A stretch of DNA of 64,000 bases from Elusimicrobiota bacterium (GTDB lineage: Bacteria; Elusimicrobiota; Elusimicrobia; UBA1565; UBA9628), in the NCBI GenBank assembly GCA_016212795.1, contig JACRDT010000004.1, forward strand, positions 23,812-87,811, read 5' to 3'. The notes under the pieces were generated by a model, which worked only from the letters and a program-made list of their open reading frames with translations, was not told the origin of the DNA and made no database searches. How positions within the stretch are numbered: position 1 is the stretch's first letter; each line of letters opens with the position of its first letter. The translations under genes and the position numbers were made by a program. Shown here piece by piece: positions 17,310 through 27,773 of the stretch.

Positions 17310-18032
17310 TCATAAAAGCATCCCTCCATCAACGGGCAACACCGCCCCGTTGATGTACTGGTTCTCGACGAGGTGCCAGACGGCCTCGGCCACGGCCTCG
17401 GGCGCCCCGAACTCCCCGAGCGCGATCATGGAGCGGATCTTCTCCTTCACCTCGGCGGGGATGCTGGCGGTCATGGGGGTCATGATGAACCCCGGCGCGA
17501 CCGCGTTGACCCGCACCCCCCTGGGGCCGAGCTCCATGGCGAACTGCCTGGTCAGGGCCTCGATGCCGGCCTTGCTCACGCGGTAGAACGCCGACCCGGT
17601 CAGGGCGTGGCGCGCCAGCACGGAGCTGATGTTGACGATGACCCCTCCCCCCGAGGCCATCATCTCCTTGGCGAAATGCCTCATGAGGAAGGCCGGGGCC
17701 TTGAGGTTGAGGCCCATGAGCGCCTCGAAGGAGGATTCCTGGATCGACAGCAAGGGCTCGTGGGGCTTGTCGATGCCGGCGTTGTTGACCAGCACCGAGG
17801 GGGTCCCTTGCAGCAGCACCGCCTCCAGGAGGGCGTCGCGCCCCGCCTGGGAGGCGAGGTCGGCGGCGACGGCGAAAGACCCCGGGATGCCCTCGGCGAG
17901 CTCCGAGACGGCAGCCTCGTTGACGTCGCAGAGGGCGAGCTTGAGCTCCCCGCCGGACTTCTCGTGGATCATGAGCGAGACGGCCTTGCCGATGCCGCCG
18001 CCCGCGCCGGTGACGACTGCGATTTCTTTCAT
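17310..18032 (-). CDS. fabG: 3-oxoacyl-ACP reductase (SDR)
   Basis: TGAGGGIG, NNAG, YRVSK, NAVAPGFI.T.MT, VDGG. Confidence 0.85.
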   Translation of the reverse strand: MKEIAVVTGAGGGIGKAVSLMIHEKSGGELKLALCDVNEAAVSELAEGIPGSFAVAADLASQAGRDALLEAVLLQGTPSVLVNNAGIDKPHEPLLSIQESSFEALMGLNLKAPAFLMRHFAKEMMASGGGVIVNISSVLARHALTGSAFYRVSKAGIEALTRQFAMELGPRGVRVNAVAPGFIMTPMTASIPAEVKEKIRSMIALGEFGAPEAVAEAVWHLVENQYINGAVLPVDGGMLL

Positions 18033-18090
18033 AAAACGGATTTTAGCCCCCCTCGGCTACTTGCCTCCCCCGCGGGGGGAGGCAAGTGAC
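18028..18090. repeat. Palindromic REP-like element
   Basis: ACTTGCCTCCCCC-GCG-GGGGGAGGCAAGT perfect stem preceded by AAAACGG..AGCCCCCC.CGGCT leader shared with 35493 and 31832. Confidence 0.7.
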
Positions 18091-18101
18091 ATGGAGGAAA
18101 G

Positions 18102-19115
18102 TTAGTTCACCTCCATGTACCCGCCGCCCCAGGCCAGGCCCGCGCCCAGGACCGCGTAGACGAGCTTGTCGCCCCGGTGGAGGCGGTCGATGTTCTGCGC
18201 GATGGCCGACGGGCAGCCCGCCGCCGCGATGTTGCCCTGCTCGTGCACGTTGCGGAGGTGCTTGTCCTCGGGGAGGTTCAGGTGCTGCAGGACGGAGGTC
18301 TGCATCACGTAGTTGGCCTGGTGGGACACCGTGTAGACCTCGTCGGCGTAGAGCTCCTTGGCGCCCGCGATGTGCTCGTACATCTCGCAGGTCTTGCGGA
18401 TGGAGAACTCGCGGACCATCTTGCCGTCCTGCGCGACGTGGCCGCCGGCGTCGACGAGGATGCTCTCGGCCCCCTCGGGGTTGGTCTCGAAGATCATGGG
18501 CTCGACCGTGAGCCTTCCCTGGTGGCGCTTGGAGAGGACCTGCGCGCAGGCCCCGTCGCCGAAGATGTAGCCGTCGATGCAGTGCGGGGAGTAGTCCATG
18601 CGCACCGTGTAGGCCGCCGTCTGCACGCACAGGACGAACTCGGGCATCCTCTCGGGCATCATGTCGCCGAGGGCCTGCATGTGGCGGGCGAAGCTCGAGC
18701 AGGCGCAGTTCATGTCGCAGTGCGGGCCGGAGCCCACGCCTAGCCCCTTGGCGACGAGGCTGGCCGTGGAGGGCACGATGTCGAAGGCGGTGTCGCAGTT
18801 GACGAGCACCATGCCGACCTTGTCCGGCGTGACGCCGGCCGCCTTGAGGGCCTTCTGGGCGGCCTTGATGCCCATGGTGACGGGCGTCTCGCCGTGCGAC
18901 CGGGCGTGGATCATGCCCTGGTACGGGTGCTGGTTCTTGGTCTTGGCGATGTATTCCTTCGAGAGGACGGAGTACCTGCGGTAGATCCCCAGGCGCGAGT
19001 CCACCCAATCCGGGCCTCGCTCGAGCCCGACTTCCTTATGGAGGAAGTCGTTGGTGATCTCCGTGGCCGGCAGGTAGCAGCCCATCCCAAGAATGCCCAG
19101 CTTCATTCGGTTCAT
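18102..19115 (-). CDS. fabH: Beta-ketoacyl-ACP synthase III-like
   Basis: NCACSSF (Cys), FGDGA, HQAN, GNIAAA, GAGLAWG. Confidence 0.85.
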   Translation of the reverse strand: MNRMKLGILGMGCYLPATEITNDFLHKEVGLERGPDWVDSRLGIYRRYSVLSKEYIAKTKNQHPYQGMIHARSHGETPVTMGIKAAQKALKAAGVTPDKVGMVLVNCDTAFDIVPSTASLVAKGLGVGSGPHCDMNCACSSFARHMQALGDMMPERMPEFVLCVQTAAYTVRMDYSPHCIDGYIFGDGACAQVLSKRHQGRLTVEPMIFETNPEGAESILVDAGGHVAQDGKMVREFSIRKTCEMYEHIAGAKELYADEVYTVSHQANYVMQTSVLQHLNLPEDKHLRNVHEQGNIAAAGCPSAIAQNIDRLHRGDKLVYAVLGAGLAWGGGYMEVN

Positions 19116-20098
19116 CCTCCCGATATGGCCTCGCCGCCGTCCACGCGTATGACGGCGCCGCTGACCCAGTCGAATCCCGGCTGGCAGATGGCGCAGACGA
19201 CCTCGGCCACGTCCTCCGGGGTGGTGAGCCGATGGGACGGATTGCGCATCCGGGCCTCGGCCTTCATCAAGTCGAAATTGGGGATGGCGTTGCCGGCCGG
19301 GGTGTCCGTGATGCCGGGCTGCAGGACGAAGCACCGGACCCCGTAGGGTCCCATCTCCACGGCCATGGCCCGGCAGGACGCCTCCAGCCCGCACTTGGCC
19401 GCGGCCACGGCCGCGTAGCCCCGCCAGGAGACCTCGTTGCCTTCCGAGGTCAGCCCGACCAGCCGCGCGGACTTGGCGAGCAGGCCTTCCTTCAGCAGCT
19501 CCCTTCCCCATAGGAGGTAGTCGTAGCCCATCATCCAGATCGTGCGCTGGAGGTCGGCCTCGCTGAGGAGCTCTTCGCGGTAGGCGATGCGGCTGTCGGC
19601 CAGCGTGTGGAGGGCGTCGCACCCGCCCTCGTGGAAGGCGGCGTTCGCGGCCTTGCGCAGGACCTCGGGCGAGGCCGAGACGCCAAGCTGGCGGAGCGTC
19701 TCGGAGAGCCCCTGGAAGGCCTTGCCGCGGAAATCGGGGGATTTATCCTCGATGATCAGCTTGCAGGCTCCAGCCGCGATGGAGTGCATGAACAGGTGCA
19801 CCCGGGCGGGGCCGGCGCGGCTGGCGATGCTCTCGAAGACCGCTCCGCGCTCGTCCTCATCGAAGAGGTTGGCATTGTGGGTGACCAGGGCGACGCCTTG
19901 CCGGCGGATCTCCTCGAAATGGGGCTTGATGAGGGTCTCGACCGTCCCTTCGGTGTCCTTGTGGGCTATGATGAGGTTCAGCCCGGCCCTGGCCAGCCGC
20001 TTGGCCGTGGCCAGCCCGAAGCCGGATGACCCGCCAAGGATGACACCCCACAACCCCTTGTTGAGGAACGGTTTCTGTTCGGTCGAGACCTCTGTCAT
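19112..20098 (-). CDS. Enoyl-ACP reductase, FabL/FabI-like SDR with internal insertion
   Basis: LGGSSGFG, HSIA, LTSEG, YAAVAAAK (YX6K), RLTTPEDVA, VDGG. Confidence 0.8.
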   Translation of the reverse strand: MTEVSTEQKPFLNKGLWGVILGGSSGFGLATAKRLARAGLNLIIAHKDTEGTVETLIKPHFEEIRRQGVALVTHNANLFDEDERGAVFESIASRAGPARVHLFMHSIAAGACKLIIEDKSPDFRGKAFQGLSETLRQLGVSASPEVLRKAANAAFHEGGCDALHTLADSRIAYREELLSEADLQRTIWMMGYDYLLWGRELLKEGLLAKSARLVGLTSEGNEVSWRGYAAVAAAKCGLEASCRAMAVEMGPYGVRCFVLQPGITDTPAGNAIPNFDLMKAEARMRNPSHRLTTPEDVAEVVCAICQPGFDWVSGAVIRVDGGEAISGG

Positions 20099-20112
20099 GT
20101 CGGTAACGAGGT

Positions 20113-20126
20113 GGTATTATAGCACA
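20113..20126 (-). promoter_or_regulatory. Extended -10 promoter for the FAS-like operon
   Basis: Minus strand TGCTATAAT about 18 nt upstream of ATG20098. Confidence 0.55.
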
Positions 20127-20300
20127 TGACCGGCATGGCGCGCAATTGACCAAAATCAAATCAGAATGTCTGACACCATTAGTTAAGTACTGCGCATCCG
20201 TGTCGGATATAAAGTCTCATGGCCTCCACCGCTGGCGTCTCAGGGTTGGCCACCCTGGCACCAATTTGTTAAATACTGTGGATGACGTGTTGAAGAAGAG

Positions 20301-20343
20301 CTGAGGGCCGGGGGATATCCTGTGGATAACTCCCGGCCCTCAG
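20301..20343 (-). terminator. Intrinsic terminator of the subtilase gene
   Basis: CTGAGGGCCGGG...CCCGGCCCTCAG stem followed on the minus strand by CTCTTCTTC. Confidence 0.6.
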
Positions 20344-20361
20344 AGTGCCAACGGGGGCGGA

Positions 20362-21573
20362 TTACTTGATCTTCGCCGCGTTGATCATGCCCTTGCCCTG
20401 CTGGGAGGCGGTGAGGCCAGGCAGCTTGGTCGCCGCCCTACCCAGGGCTTTACGGATCTCCTGGCCTCTATAGCCCAAGCCGGCGGCCAGGGCGGCCAGG
20501 CCCGTGACATGGGGGGATGCCATCGAGGTCCCGTCCAGGTTGTCGTAGCCTCCGCCCATGTAGGTCGACTTGATGTCCGCGCCCGGGGCGATGAACTCGA
20601 TCTGGGGGCCCCGGCTGGAGAACGAGGTGATCTTGTCGGCGCTGTCCGAGGCGGACACCGCCGCCACCTCCGGATAGGCCGCCGGAAAGCCGACCGCGCC
20701 GCCGTTGTTGCCCGCGGCCGCGACGATGAGCAGGCCGGCGTCCGCCGCGGCCTTGACCGCGTCCGCGAGGGCTTCCGAGCCTTCCTCGGCGCCGAGGCTC
20801 ATGTTGGCCACCTGCATCTTGTTCTTGGCGGCCCACTCGATGCCCGCGATGATCGTGGAGTAGTCGCCGCCGCCCTCGGCGTCCAGTACCTTGACCCCGT
20901 AGAGCCGGGCCTTGGGAGCGATCCCGACCACCCCCTGGCCGTCCTTGACCGCGGCGATGGTCCCGGCCACATGGGTGCCGTGGCCGTTGTCATCCTTATA
21001 GTTCTTGGGGGTCTGGGGATTGACCACGTTGACTCCGCCGGCCACGTTGGCTTTCAGGTCGGGGTGGGTGTAGTCGATGCCCGTGTCGATGATCGCCACC
21101 TTGACCCTGTCGCCCTGGGTCCGGCTCCAGGCGCCGGCCGCGTTGACTCGCTGGATGCCCCAGGGTTGCTCGGGGTCGTCTTCCTTGGTCCCAGGCTGGG
21201 GCGCCGCCGCGCTCCTGTAGGCGCCGACGACCTGCTGGATGTCGGGCAGCTTGAACTCGCCGAGGGTGGACTTGAGCCAGTTGATCCTCTTGTCCGCCTC
21301 GACCCGCTTGACCTCGGCCAGCGCCGTCAACTCGGTATCGGCGGATTTCTGCCGCTCCGCCATGACGTCGATGACGATGGCGTTGATGAGCTCGAGCTCG
21401 CGCACGACCTGGCAGCCGAGCTTCTCGGCCGCGCCGCGGCACTGGCTCATCGCCACGTCCGCCTTGCAGGACACGATCCTGCGCACCGTCGGGCCATAGG
21501 GGCAGGCCGCGTCGGCTCCGGCGGCGAGGAACAGCTGCGCGGCGACGACCAACAGCAATCTGACGGACATCAT
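20362..21573 (-). CDS. Secreted S8 subtilisin-like serine protease with propeptide
   Basis: Signal peptide; AIIDTG, HGTHVAG, GTSMASPHV catalytic triad; GAGGAGG SD. Confidence 0.95.
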   Translation of the reverse strand: MMSVRLLLVVAAQLFLAAGADAACPYGPTVRRIVSCKADVAMSQCRGAAEKLGCQVVRELELINAIVIDVMAERQKSADTELTALAEVKRVEADKRINWLKSTLGEFKLPDIQQVVGAYRSAAAPQPGTKEDDPEQPWGIQRVNAAGAWSRTQGDRVKVAIIDTGIDYTHPDLKANVAGGVNVVNPQTPKNYKDDNGHGTHVAGTIAAVKDGQGVVGIAPKARLYGVKVLDAEGGGDYSTIIAGIEWAAKNKMQVANMSLGAEEGSEALADAVKAAADAGLLIVAAAGNNGGAVGFPAAYPEVAAVSASDSADKITSFSSRGPQIEFIAPGADIKSTYMGGGYDNLDGTSMASPHVTGLAALAAGLGYRGQEIRKALGRAATKLPGLTASQQGKGMINAAKIK

Positions 21574-21721
21574 CGAGAGGATACCTCCTCGGCGGGGATT
21601 CATATGGGTAAGTGTACTAGGTCTTTCGGTCCCGAAAAGGGCCGGAGGGCCCAGGGTGGGATAGGACCAAAGACCCAGCGCCGGCAAGGGGCGCGGCGCC
21701 GGGCCTTCGCGCGGCGGCAGG

Positions 21722-22867
<1,146 letters not shown>

Positions 22868-23006
22868 ATAGGCTCTCCTGAGGGGTTGAGCCTTCCCACG
22901 AAGTCTTATTATAAGCATACCCCCGCCGGGGGGATAATCAAGCCCGCCATGGTCAGGGAATGTCAGCGGGTTGTTTTCGGCGCCGGATATTTCCTAGAGT
23001 TGACTG

Positions 23007-23684
23007 ATGGCGCGCCTGCTGATCATCGAGGACGACGGCGCTCTCATGGAGCTGATGAGCGTCACCTTCTTCAAAGAAGGGTACGAGGCGCACTACGCCT
23101 TCAACGGGAAGGAGGGCTACGAGAAGGCTCTCGCCCTCCATCCGGACGTGATCATCCTCGACCTCATGCTCCCCGTCATGAGCGGCATCGACGTCCTCAA
23201 GAAGGTCTCGGTCCACCCCATCGCGCGCTCCATCCCGGTCATCGTCGTGACGGGCTACGGCGACAGGCCCGAGGCCCTCGAGGAGACGATCCGCTCCCAC
23301 GGCGCCGTCGACTATCTGCGCAAGCCCTTCGAGCTGGGCGTCCTCGTGCGGACCGTGGCCCGGGTCCTGGGCAGGGCCCCGGTCAAGACGGAGAAGACGG
23401 GCAGGCTCTCCAAGGGCGCCGTCGGCCTCGATGTCCGCTACAGGACCGTCTGGATCGACGACAAGCTCGTCGCCACGCTCTCGCCCCAGAAGGCCGCCGT
23501 GCTCAAGCTCCTCCTGGCGGCGCCGGGGCCCGTCAAGAAGGAGAGCCTCCTGGCCGAGGTGTGGGGCAACACGGGGCAGGTGAGCGCCCTCGAGAAGACC
23601 ATCCAGCGTCTGCGGGAGGACCTGGGTCCAGCGGAAGGCCGCCGCATCCAGACCGCGGCGGACGGCTACGAATTGATCGGCTAG
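23007..23684 (+). CDS. OmpR-like response regulator
   Basis: LLIIEDD, ILDLMLP, YLRKPF, winged-helix ending IQT..DGY. Confidence 0.9.
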   Translation: MARLLIIEDDGALMELMSVTFFKEGYEAHYAFNGKEGYEKALALHPDVIILDLMLPVMSGIDVLKKVSVHPIARSIPVIVVTGYGDRPEALEETIRSHGAVDYLRKPFELGVLVRTVARVLGRAPVKTEKTGRLSKGAVGLDVRYRTVWIDDKLVATLSPQKAAVLKLLLAAPGPVKKESLLAEVWGNTGQVSALEKTIQRLREDLGPAEGRRIQTAADGYELIG

Positions 23685-24680
23685 ATGGGCATCGGCTTGC
23701 TCTTGCTGCGGCTGGCCCTCGCGTCCTGGGCCATGGACCCGGAGCCTCCCTACGGCGTCCTGCTGCTGGCGCCGGGCGGGGAGAAGATGCGCAAGGAGTC
23801 CGCCGCCGCGGCGCAGGCCCTGGGGCCCGGCGTCCCGGCGGCGACCGTGCACGGGACGGCCGACACCGCCGAGCTGCAGGCCGCCGTCGACAAGCTGGCG
23901 GCCGGACGCGCGCGCAAGGTCGTGGTCGTGCCCTTGATGCTCTCCTCTTCGTTCGAGCCGCTCGAATGGGCGAAGGCTTCCCTGGGCCTCAAGGGCGCCC
24001 GTTCGGCCGGGGACTGCAAGGGCGCGAGCTGCGGCGCCGCCGCCGTGAGGACGGGCGTGCCGTTGTCCGTGGTGCCGGCCCTCGACGACCATCCTTTCGC
24101 CGTCCAGATCCTGCTCGAGCGGCTCAAGGCCGTCAGCCGGGACTCGTCCCGGGAGTCGGTCGTCCTGGTCGGCTTCGCTCCGGCGCAGGACAGGGGACGC
24201 AAAGCCGTGGAGCGCTCCGTGAAGGCCGCGGCCCACGCGATCCGCAAGAACACGGCCTTCAAGGCCGTCCGCTCGGCCGTCCTGCGGGAACGCGGCGCCC
24301 CCGCGGAGAAAGCCAGGGCCGCCGGGGCCTTGCGCGAGGCGGTCGGACGGGCGACGTCGGACGGGAAGGTCCTGGTCGTCGCGTACGTCCTGGCCTGGGA
24401 GGGGGAGGAGGACGCCGTGGCCCGGGCGCTCAAGGGCCTCTCCTATGTGTGGGACCCCAGGCCCTTCCTGCCGCATCCTCTGGTCGATTCTTGGGTCAAG
24501 GAATCGGCCGGCATGGGCGCGCGGATGGAGGACATGAGGCGGTTCGCCGCCGCGGATCCCCGCCGGCTCGACGGCCTCAAGTCGCTGCTGCGCAGGGACG
24601 CCGGGGCGGCCGCGCCGCCTCCGCAGACACCGGGCGGCGGCCCGGCCTGCGGCGCCGCCGAGGCTTGCGCGCCCCGCTGA
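23685..24680 (+). CDS. Exported CbiX/sirohydrochlorin-chelatase-like protein lacking the metal-ligand His residues
   Basis: Signal peptide; GVLLLAPGG, KVVVVPLML, PALDDHP, ESVVLVG, PHP..W resemble CbiX, but the His positions are substituted. Confidence 0.6.
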   Translation: MGIGLLLLRLALASWAMDPEPPYGVLLLAPGGEKMRKESAAAAQALGPGVPAATVHGTADTAELQAAVDKLAAGRARKVVVVPLMLSSSFEPLEWAKASLGLKGARSAGDCKGASCGAAAVRTGVPLSVVPALDDHPFAVQILLERLKAVSRDSSRESVVLVGFAPAQDRGRKAVERSVKAAAHAIRKNTAFKAVRSAVLRERGAPAEKARAAGALREAVGRATSDGKVLVVAYVLAWEGEEDAVARALKGLSYVWDPRPFLPHPLVDSWVKESAGMGARMEDMRRFAAADPRRLDGLKSLLRRDAGAAAPPPQTPGGGPACGAAEACAPR

Positions 24681-24681
24681 T

Positions 24682-25311
24682 ATGCTCCAAGGTTCTTCGT
24701 GGCGGCTGGCGCTTTCCGCGGCGGCGGCCGCCGCGTGCGTCGCCGCGGGGCCTTGCTCCGCGGCGGCCGCCGACTCCTCCTACCCGGCGGACCTGGGGCC
24801 CGCGAGCCTCGCGGCGGCGGCCAAGGGGTGGCCGCCGCCCCCTCCGGCGAGCGGAGAACATCCTGCGCCTGCGAGGACGGCGGCCCCTTGGCCGCCGGCG
24901 CTCAAGACGGGGTACCGGCTCACCGTGGCCCGCTGCGGCCGGTGCCATACCCCGGCGCGCGTCTTCAACCACCGGTATGCCGAGCCGGAGGGGAAGAACG
25001 TCCCCGACAAGGAAGACGTCATCGCCTCCTTGAAGGCGGACCATCCCGGGTTCTTCCAGGCGCCCGGGGTCTGGCAGATCGAGGCCGATGTCTGGAAGCT
25101 CTGCGTCGAGAGGATGGCGGCCATGCCCGCCAGCGGGATCAAGCCCGGGGAGGGCAGGACCATCTGGCTGTTCCTCGTCGCCGAAGGGGCCCCCCGGAAG
25201 CTGGGGGAGGGCGCTTCGGCCTGGAAGACGCTCCGGGAATCCCTCTTGAAGCGCTTCAAGGCCGAGCGGCCGGGCCGCTATCGCGAGCTGGAGGCCGTCG
25301 ACGGCCTCTGA
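24682..25311 (+). CDS. Monoheme cytochrome c, exported
   Basis: Signal peptide, CGRCH heme motif, W...VERM..MP distal Met region. Confidence 0.75.
   Translation: MLQGSSWRLALSAAAAAACVAAGPCSAAAADSSYPADLGPASLAAAAKGWPPPPPASGEHPAPARTAAPWPPALKTGYRLTVARCGRCHTPARVFNHRYAEPEGKNVPDKEDVIASLKADHPGFFQAPGVWQIEADVWKLCVERMAAMPASGIKPGEGRTIWLFLVAEGAPRKLGEGASAWKTLRESLLKRFKAERPGRYRELEAVDGL
24829..24897 (+). repeat. 60-bp in-frame insertion element, copy A
   Basis: TGGCCGCCG at 24829 and 24889; 23-nt identity with 61773. Confidence 0.7.
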
Positions 25312-25329
25312 TTTTTGCTAGACTCACGC

Positions 25330-25521
25330 ATGGCCCAGGCTTGCTGCGTCGATTGCCGTTGGTGCGAGCTGAGGATCAGCCTCGACGCCGGCTCCAATTA
25401 CTACTGCGTGGTCCTGGGGGAGTCCCTCAAAGGCGACGTCCTGTGGCGGGCGGCCTGCAAGGATTACTCGCTCCCTGCCTCTCCGGCCCAGAAGCCCGCC
25501 GAGCGCCCGCCCACGCGCTAA
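25330..25521 (+). CDS. Small Cys-rich putative metal-binding protein
   Basis: MAQACCVDCRWCE..YYC..ACKDY; TGCTAGACT -10 box 5 nt upstream. Confidence 0.6.
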   Translation: MAQACCVDCRWCELRISLDAGSNYYCVVLGESLKGDVLWRAACKDYSLPASPAQKPAERPPTR

Positions 25522-26270
25522 GAAGCGGCGGCCAGCGTGTCGAAGGCGGTCTTCAGGTCGTCCGTCCAGATGGCGTCGAAGCCCTGGCTGACGAAGTACA
25601 TGATCTCCTGCGGGGTGTTGGCCACTCCGGCGCTCACCGACAACCCTTGGCGCCGGGCCCGTTCCGCCATGGGCCGGATGTCCCACAGGCGGCAGGCGAG
25701 CATGTAGAGGGCCTTGGTCGCCGGGCGGTCCCAGCCCAGGCAGATGCCGGCGGCGCCCAGGGCGACCGACGCGCCGGTGTTCCACGGCGCGCCCGGCATC
25801 ACGCCGAACCTCACCCCGGGAGCGGCGCGGGCCGCGAGGAGCAGCTGCTGCCGGTTCGAGTAGAAATCGAGGGCGAAGGCCCTGCCGCGGATCGCGGAGG
25901 CCCCCAGGGCGCGGCCGACGGCGCGGGCGAGCTCGTCGGAGCGCTGGTGGAGGTCGAGGTAGACCTCGGCCCCGCTCCACCCCTCCGCCGCGGCGAGGGC
26001 CTCCTCGAGGTGGGGGATGGGGTGGCGTCCGAAGGCGCGCAGCAGCTTGATCTCCTTCCACGGCCGCCAACCCAGCGGACCGCGCACGCCGGCGACCCGC
26101 TCGCCGGTCCTGTCGTGGAAGAGGAAGGGCTGGCCGTCGGCGCTCAGCTGCACGTCGAGCTCGATGCCGTCGGCCCCCTCGTTCTTGGCGGTCTCGATCG
26201 AGGCCAGGGTGTTCTCCGGCGAGGTGGCCATGGCGCCGCGGTGGGCGAGGACGCGGAACCTGCCTACCAT
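25518..26270 (-). CDS. Glycerophosphodiester phosphodiesterase
   Basis: AHRG...PENTL, GIELDVQLSADG, HD, IWTDD. Confidence 0.88.
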   Translation of the reverse strand: MVGRFRVLAHRGAMATSPENTLASIETAKNEGADGIELDVQLSADGQPFLFHDRTGERVAGVRGPLGWRPWKEIKLLRAFGRHPIPHLEEALAAAEGWSGAEVYLDLHQRSDELARAVGRALGASAIRGRAFALDFYSNRQQLLLAARAAPGVRFGVMPGAPWNTGASVALGAAGICLGWDRPATKALYMLACRLWDIRPMAERARRQGLSVSAGVANTPQEIMYFVSQGFDAIWTDDLKTAFDTLAAAS

Positions 26271-27691
26271 AGCTTGCCGGGGTTGAGGAGCCCGCGGAAG
26301 TCCCGGCGGGCCTTCTCGGCCTGCCAGAGCCTCTTCCACCGCGGGTCCAGCGCCCAGTCGATCCAAGGGAGCTTGGCCAGCCCCACGCCATGATGGTGGT
26401 TGACCTTGCCTCCCAGCCTCACGCAGGCCTCCATGGCGGCCTTCCAGGCGGCCAGGTGGTCCCCCGGCCCGTGCCCCGCGACCGTGACATAGAGGCAGGC
26501 GCCCTTGGCGTCGAAATGCGAGAGGTGCGCGAAGGCGAAGGCGTGCGGCTTGACGGCTTCCAGCACCCCCAGATGCAGGGCCTCGAGCCGGTCCCAGGGG
26601 GCCCAGAGGTCCATGGTGTCGGCGAAGCATCCCTGCCGGAAGACCCTTTCGAGCCGCGCCTTGTCGAGGTGGTAGCGCCGCTCCCACCACCGCATGGCCG
26701 GGCCGGGTCCCAAGGCCGACGCCCGGGGGGCGGCCGCCGGAGCGCCCCCCTCGAAGCCGGGCTCGTCCTCGTAGATGAGGACGCACACCCACTTCCGGCC
26801 CAGCAACGGCGAGATGGCGCGCAGCGCGCCGATGCGCTTGAGGACGATGGATTGGACCGCCCCGGTCCACGACGAAGCCGGGGAGGACCTGGCGGCATGG
26901 CGATGGTGGAGCCCGTTGAAGAACGCGTCGACCGGGCAGTAGAGCCTCAGGACGGAAGGCGGGGGCTTGGCCGAGACCGCGGCGCGGGCGAAATCCAGGG
27001 CGGCCTCCAGGGCGCCGAAACCCCAGGCGTGGAACTGCCGCCCCGCGGCCGCGGGCCTGATGCGCAGGGACGCCTCGGTGATGACCCCCAGCGTGCCCTC
27101 GGCTCCCAGGTGGAGGTCGGCCTGCTCCGCGCGCAGGCTCCCGTCGGGCAGCGCGGCCTTGACCCACCGGAGCTGGTCCCTGACGCCGCCGTAGCGCGTG
27201 GAGAGCTGGCCGAAGGAATCCGTCGCGACCCAGCCCCCGACGCAGGAGTCCTCCATGGACTGGGGGAAGTGCATGAGCGACCAGCCGCGGGCCTGGAGCC
27301 TCGCCTCGAGGTCGGAGCCGCGCAGGCCCGCGCCGCAGACGACCGTGGGCCCGTCGGGCCTGTCCTCGACGCGGAAGGTCTCCGTGAGGCCGGACACGTC
27401 GAGGACCAGGCTCTTGGGCCGCTGCGGCACGGCCGCGCCCAGGACCCCGGAGCCGGCCCCGCGCGGCACGACCGCGCAGCCTTGCGAGGCGGCCCAGGCG
27501 AGGACCGCGGCGACGCCCTTCTCGTCCCTGGGCCTGATCACGGCCGCCGGGAGGTGGGAGGCCAGTTCTTCCCGCGTCCACCCGATGGCCTGGGGCCAGG
27601 AGTCCCTGGCGTAGAGGAGCCGGGTCGGCTCGTCTTCGATGACCCGGGCCGGCCCCAGCAGCCGGCCCAGCTCTGAGAAAGGGGAGCTCAT
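26264..27691 (-). CDS. FAD-binding oxidoreductase, alkyl-DHAP-synthase-like (VAO/PCMH family)
   Basis: PRGAGS, HFPQS.E.S.VGGW, STRYG, GAEGTLGVITE, HLSH, NHHHGVG, LNPGKL. Confidence 0.8.
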   Translation of the reverse strand: MSSPFSELGRLLGPARVIEDEPTRLLYARDSWPQAIGWTREELASHLPAAVIRPRDEKGVAAVLAWAASQGCAVVPRGAGSGVLGAAVPQRPKSLVLDVSGLTETFRVEDRPDGPTVVCGAGLRGSDLEARLQARGWSLMHFPQSMEDSCVGGWVATDSFGQLSTRYGGVRDQLRWVKAALPDGSLRAEQADLHLGAEGTLGVITEASLRIRPAAAGRQFHAWGFGALEAALDFARAAVSAKPPPSVLRLYCPVDAFFNGLHHRHAARSSPASSWTGAVQSIVLKRIGALRAISPLLGRKWVCVLIYEDEPGFEGGAPAAAPRASALGPGPAMRWWERRYHLDKARLERVFRQGCFADTMDLWAPWDRLEALHLGVLEAVKPHAFAFAHLSHFDAKGACLYVTVAGHGPGDHLAAWKAAMEACVRLGGKVNHHHGVGLAKLPWIDWALDPRWKRLWQAEKARRDFRGLLNPGKLW

Positions 27692-27773
27692 GGGATAGGG
27701 ACGCTTCGCGTCAACGCGGGCGCGATTATAGTATAGCTTGCATTTCGATTCAAGGTAGCGTTAAATATGTCCC

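Noticed and set aside
20165-20180. Short dyad TGTCTGACA upstream of the FAS operon
   Set aside because: Could be an operator but is too short and single-copy to support
20277-20329. Perfect DnaA box (TGTGGATAA at 20321) plus a one-mismatch copy in an AT-rich gap
   Set aside because: Only two boxes, one inside a terminator hairpin, with no dnaA/dnaN/gidA context; not enough for oriC
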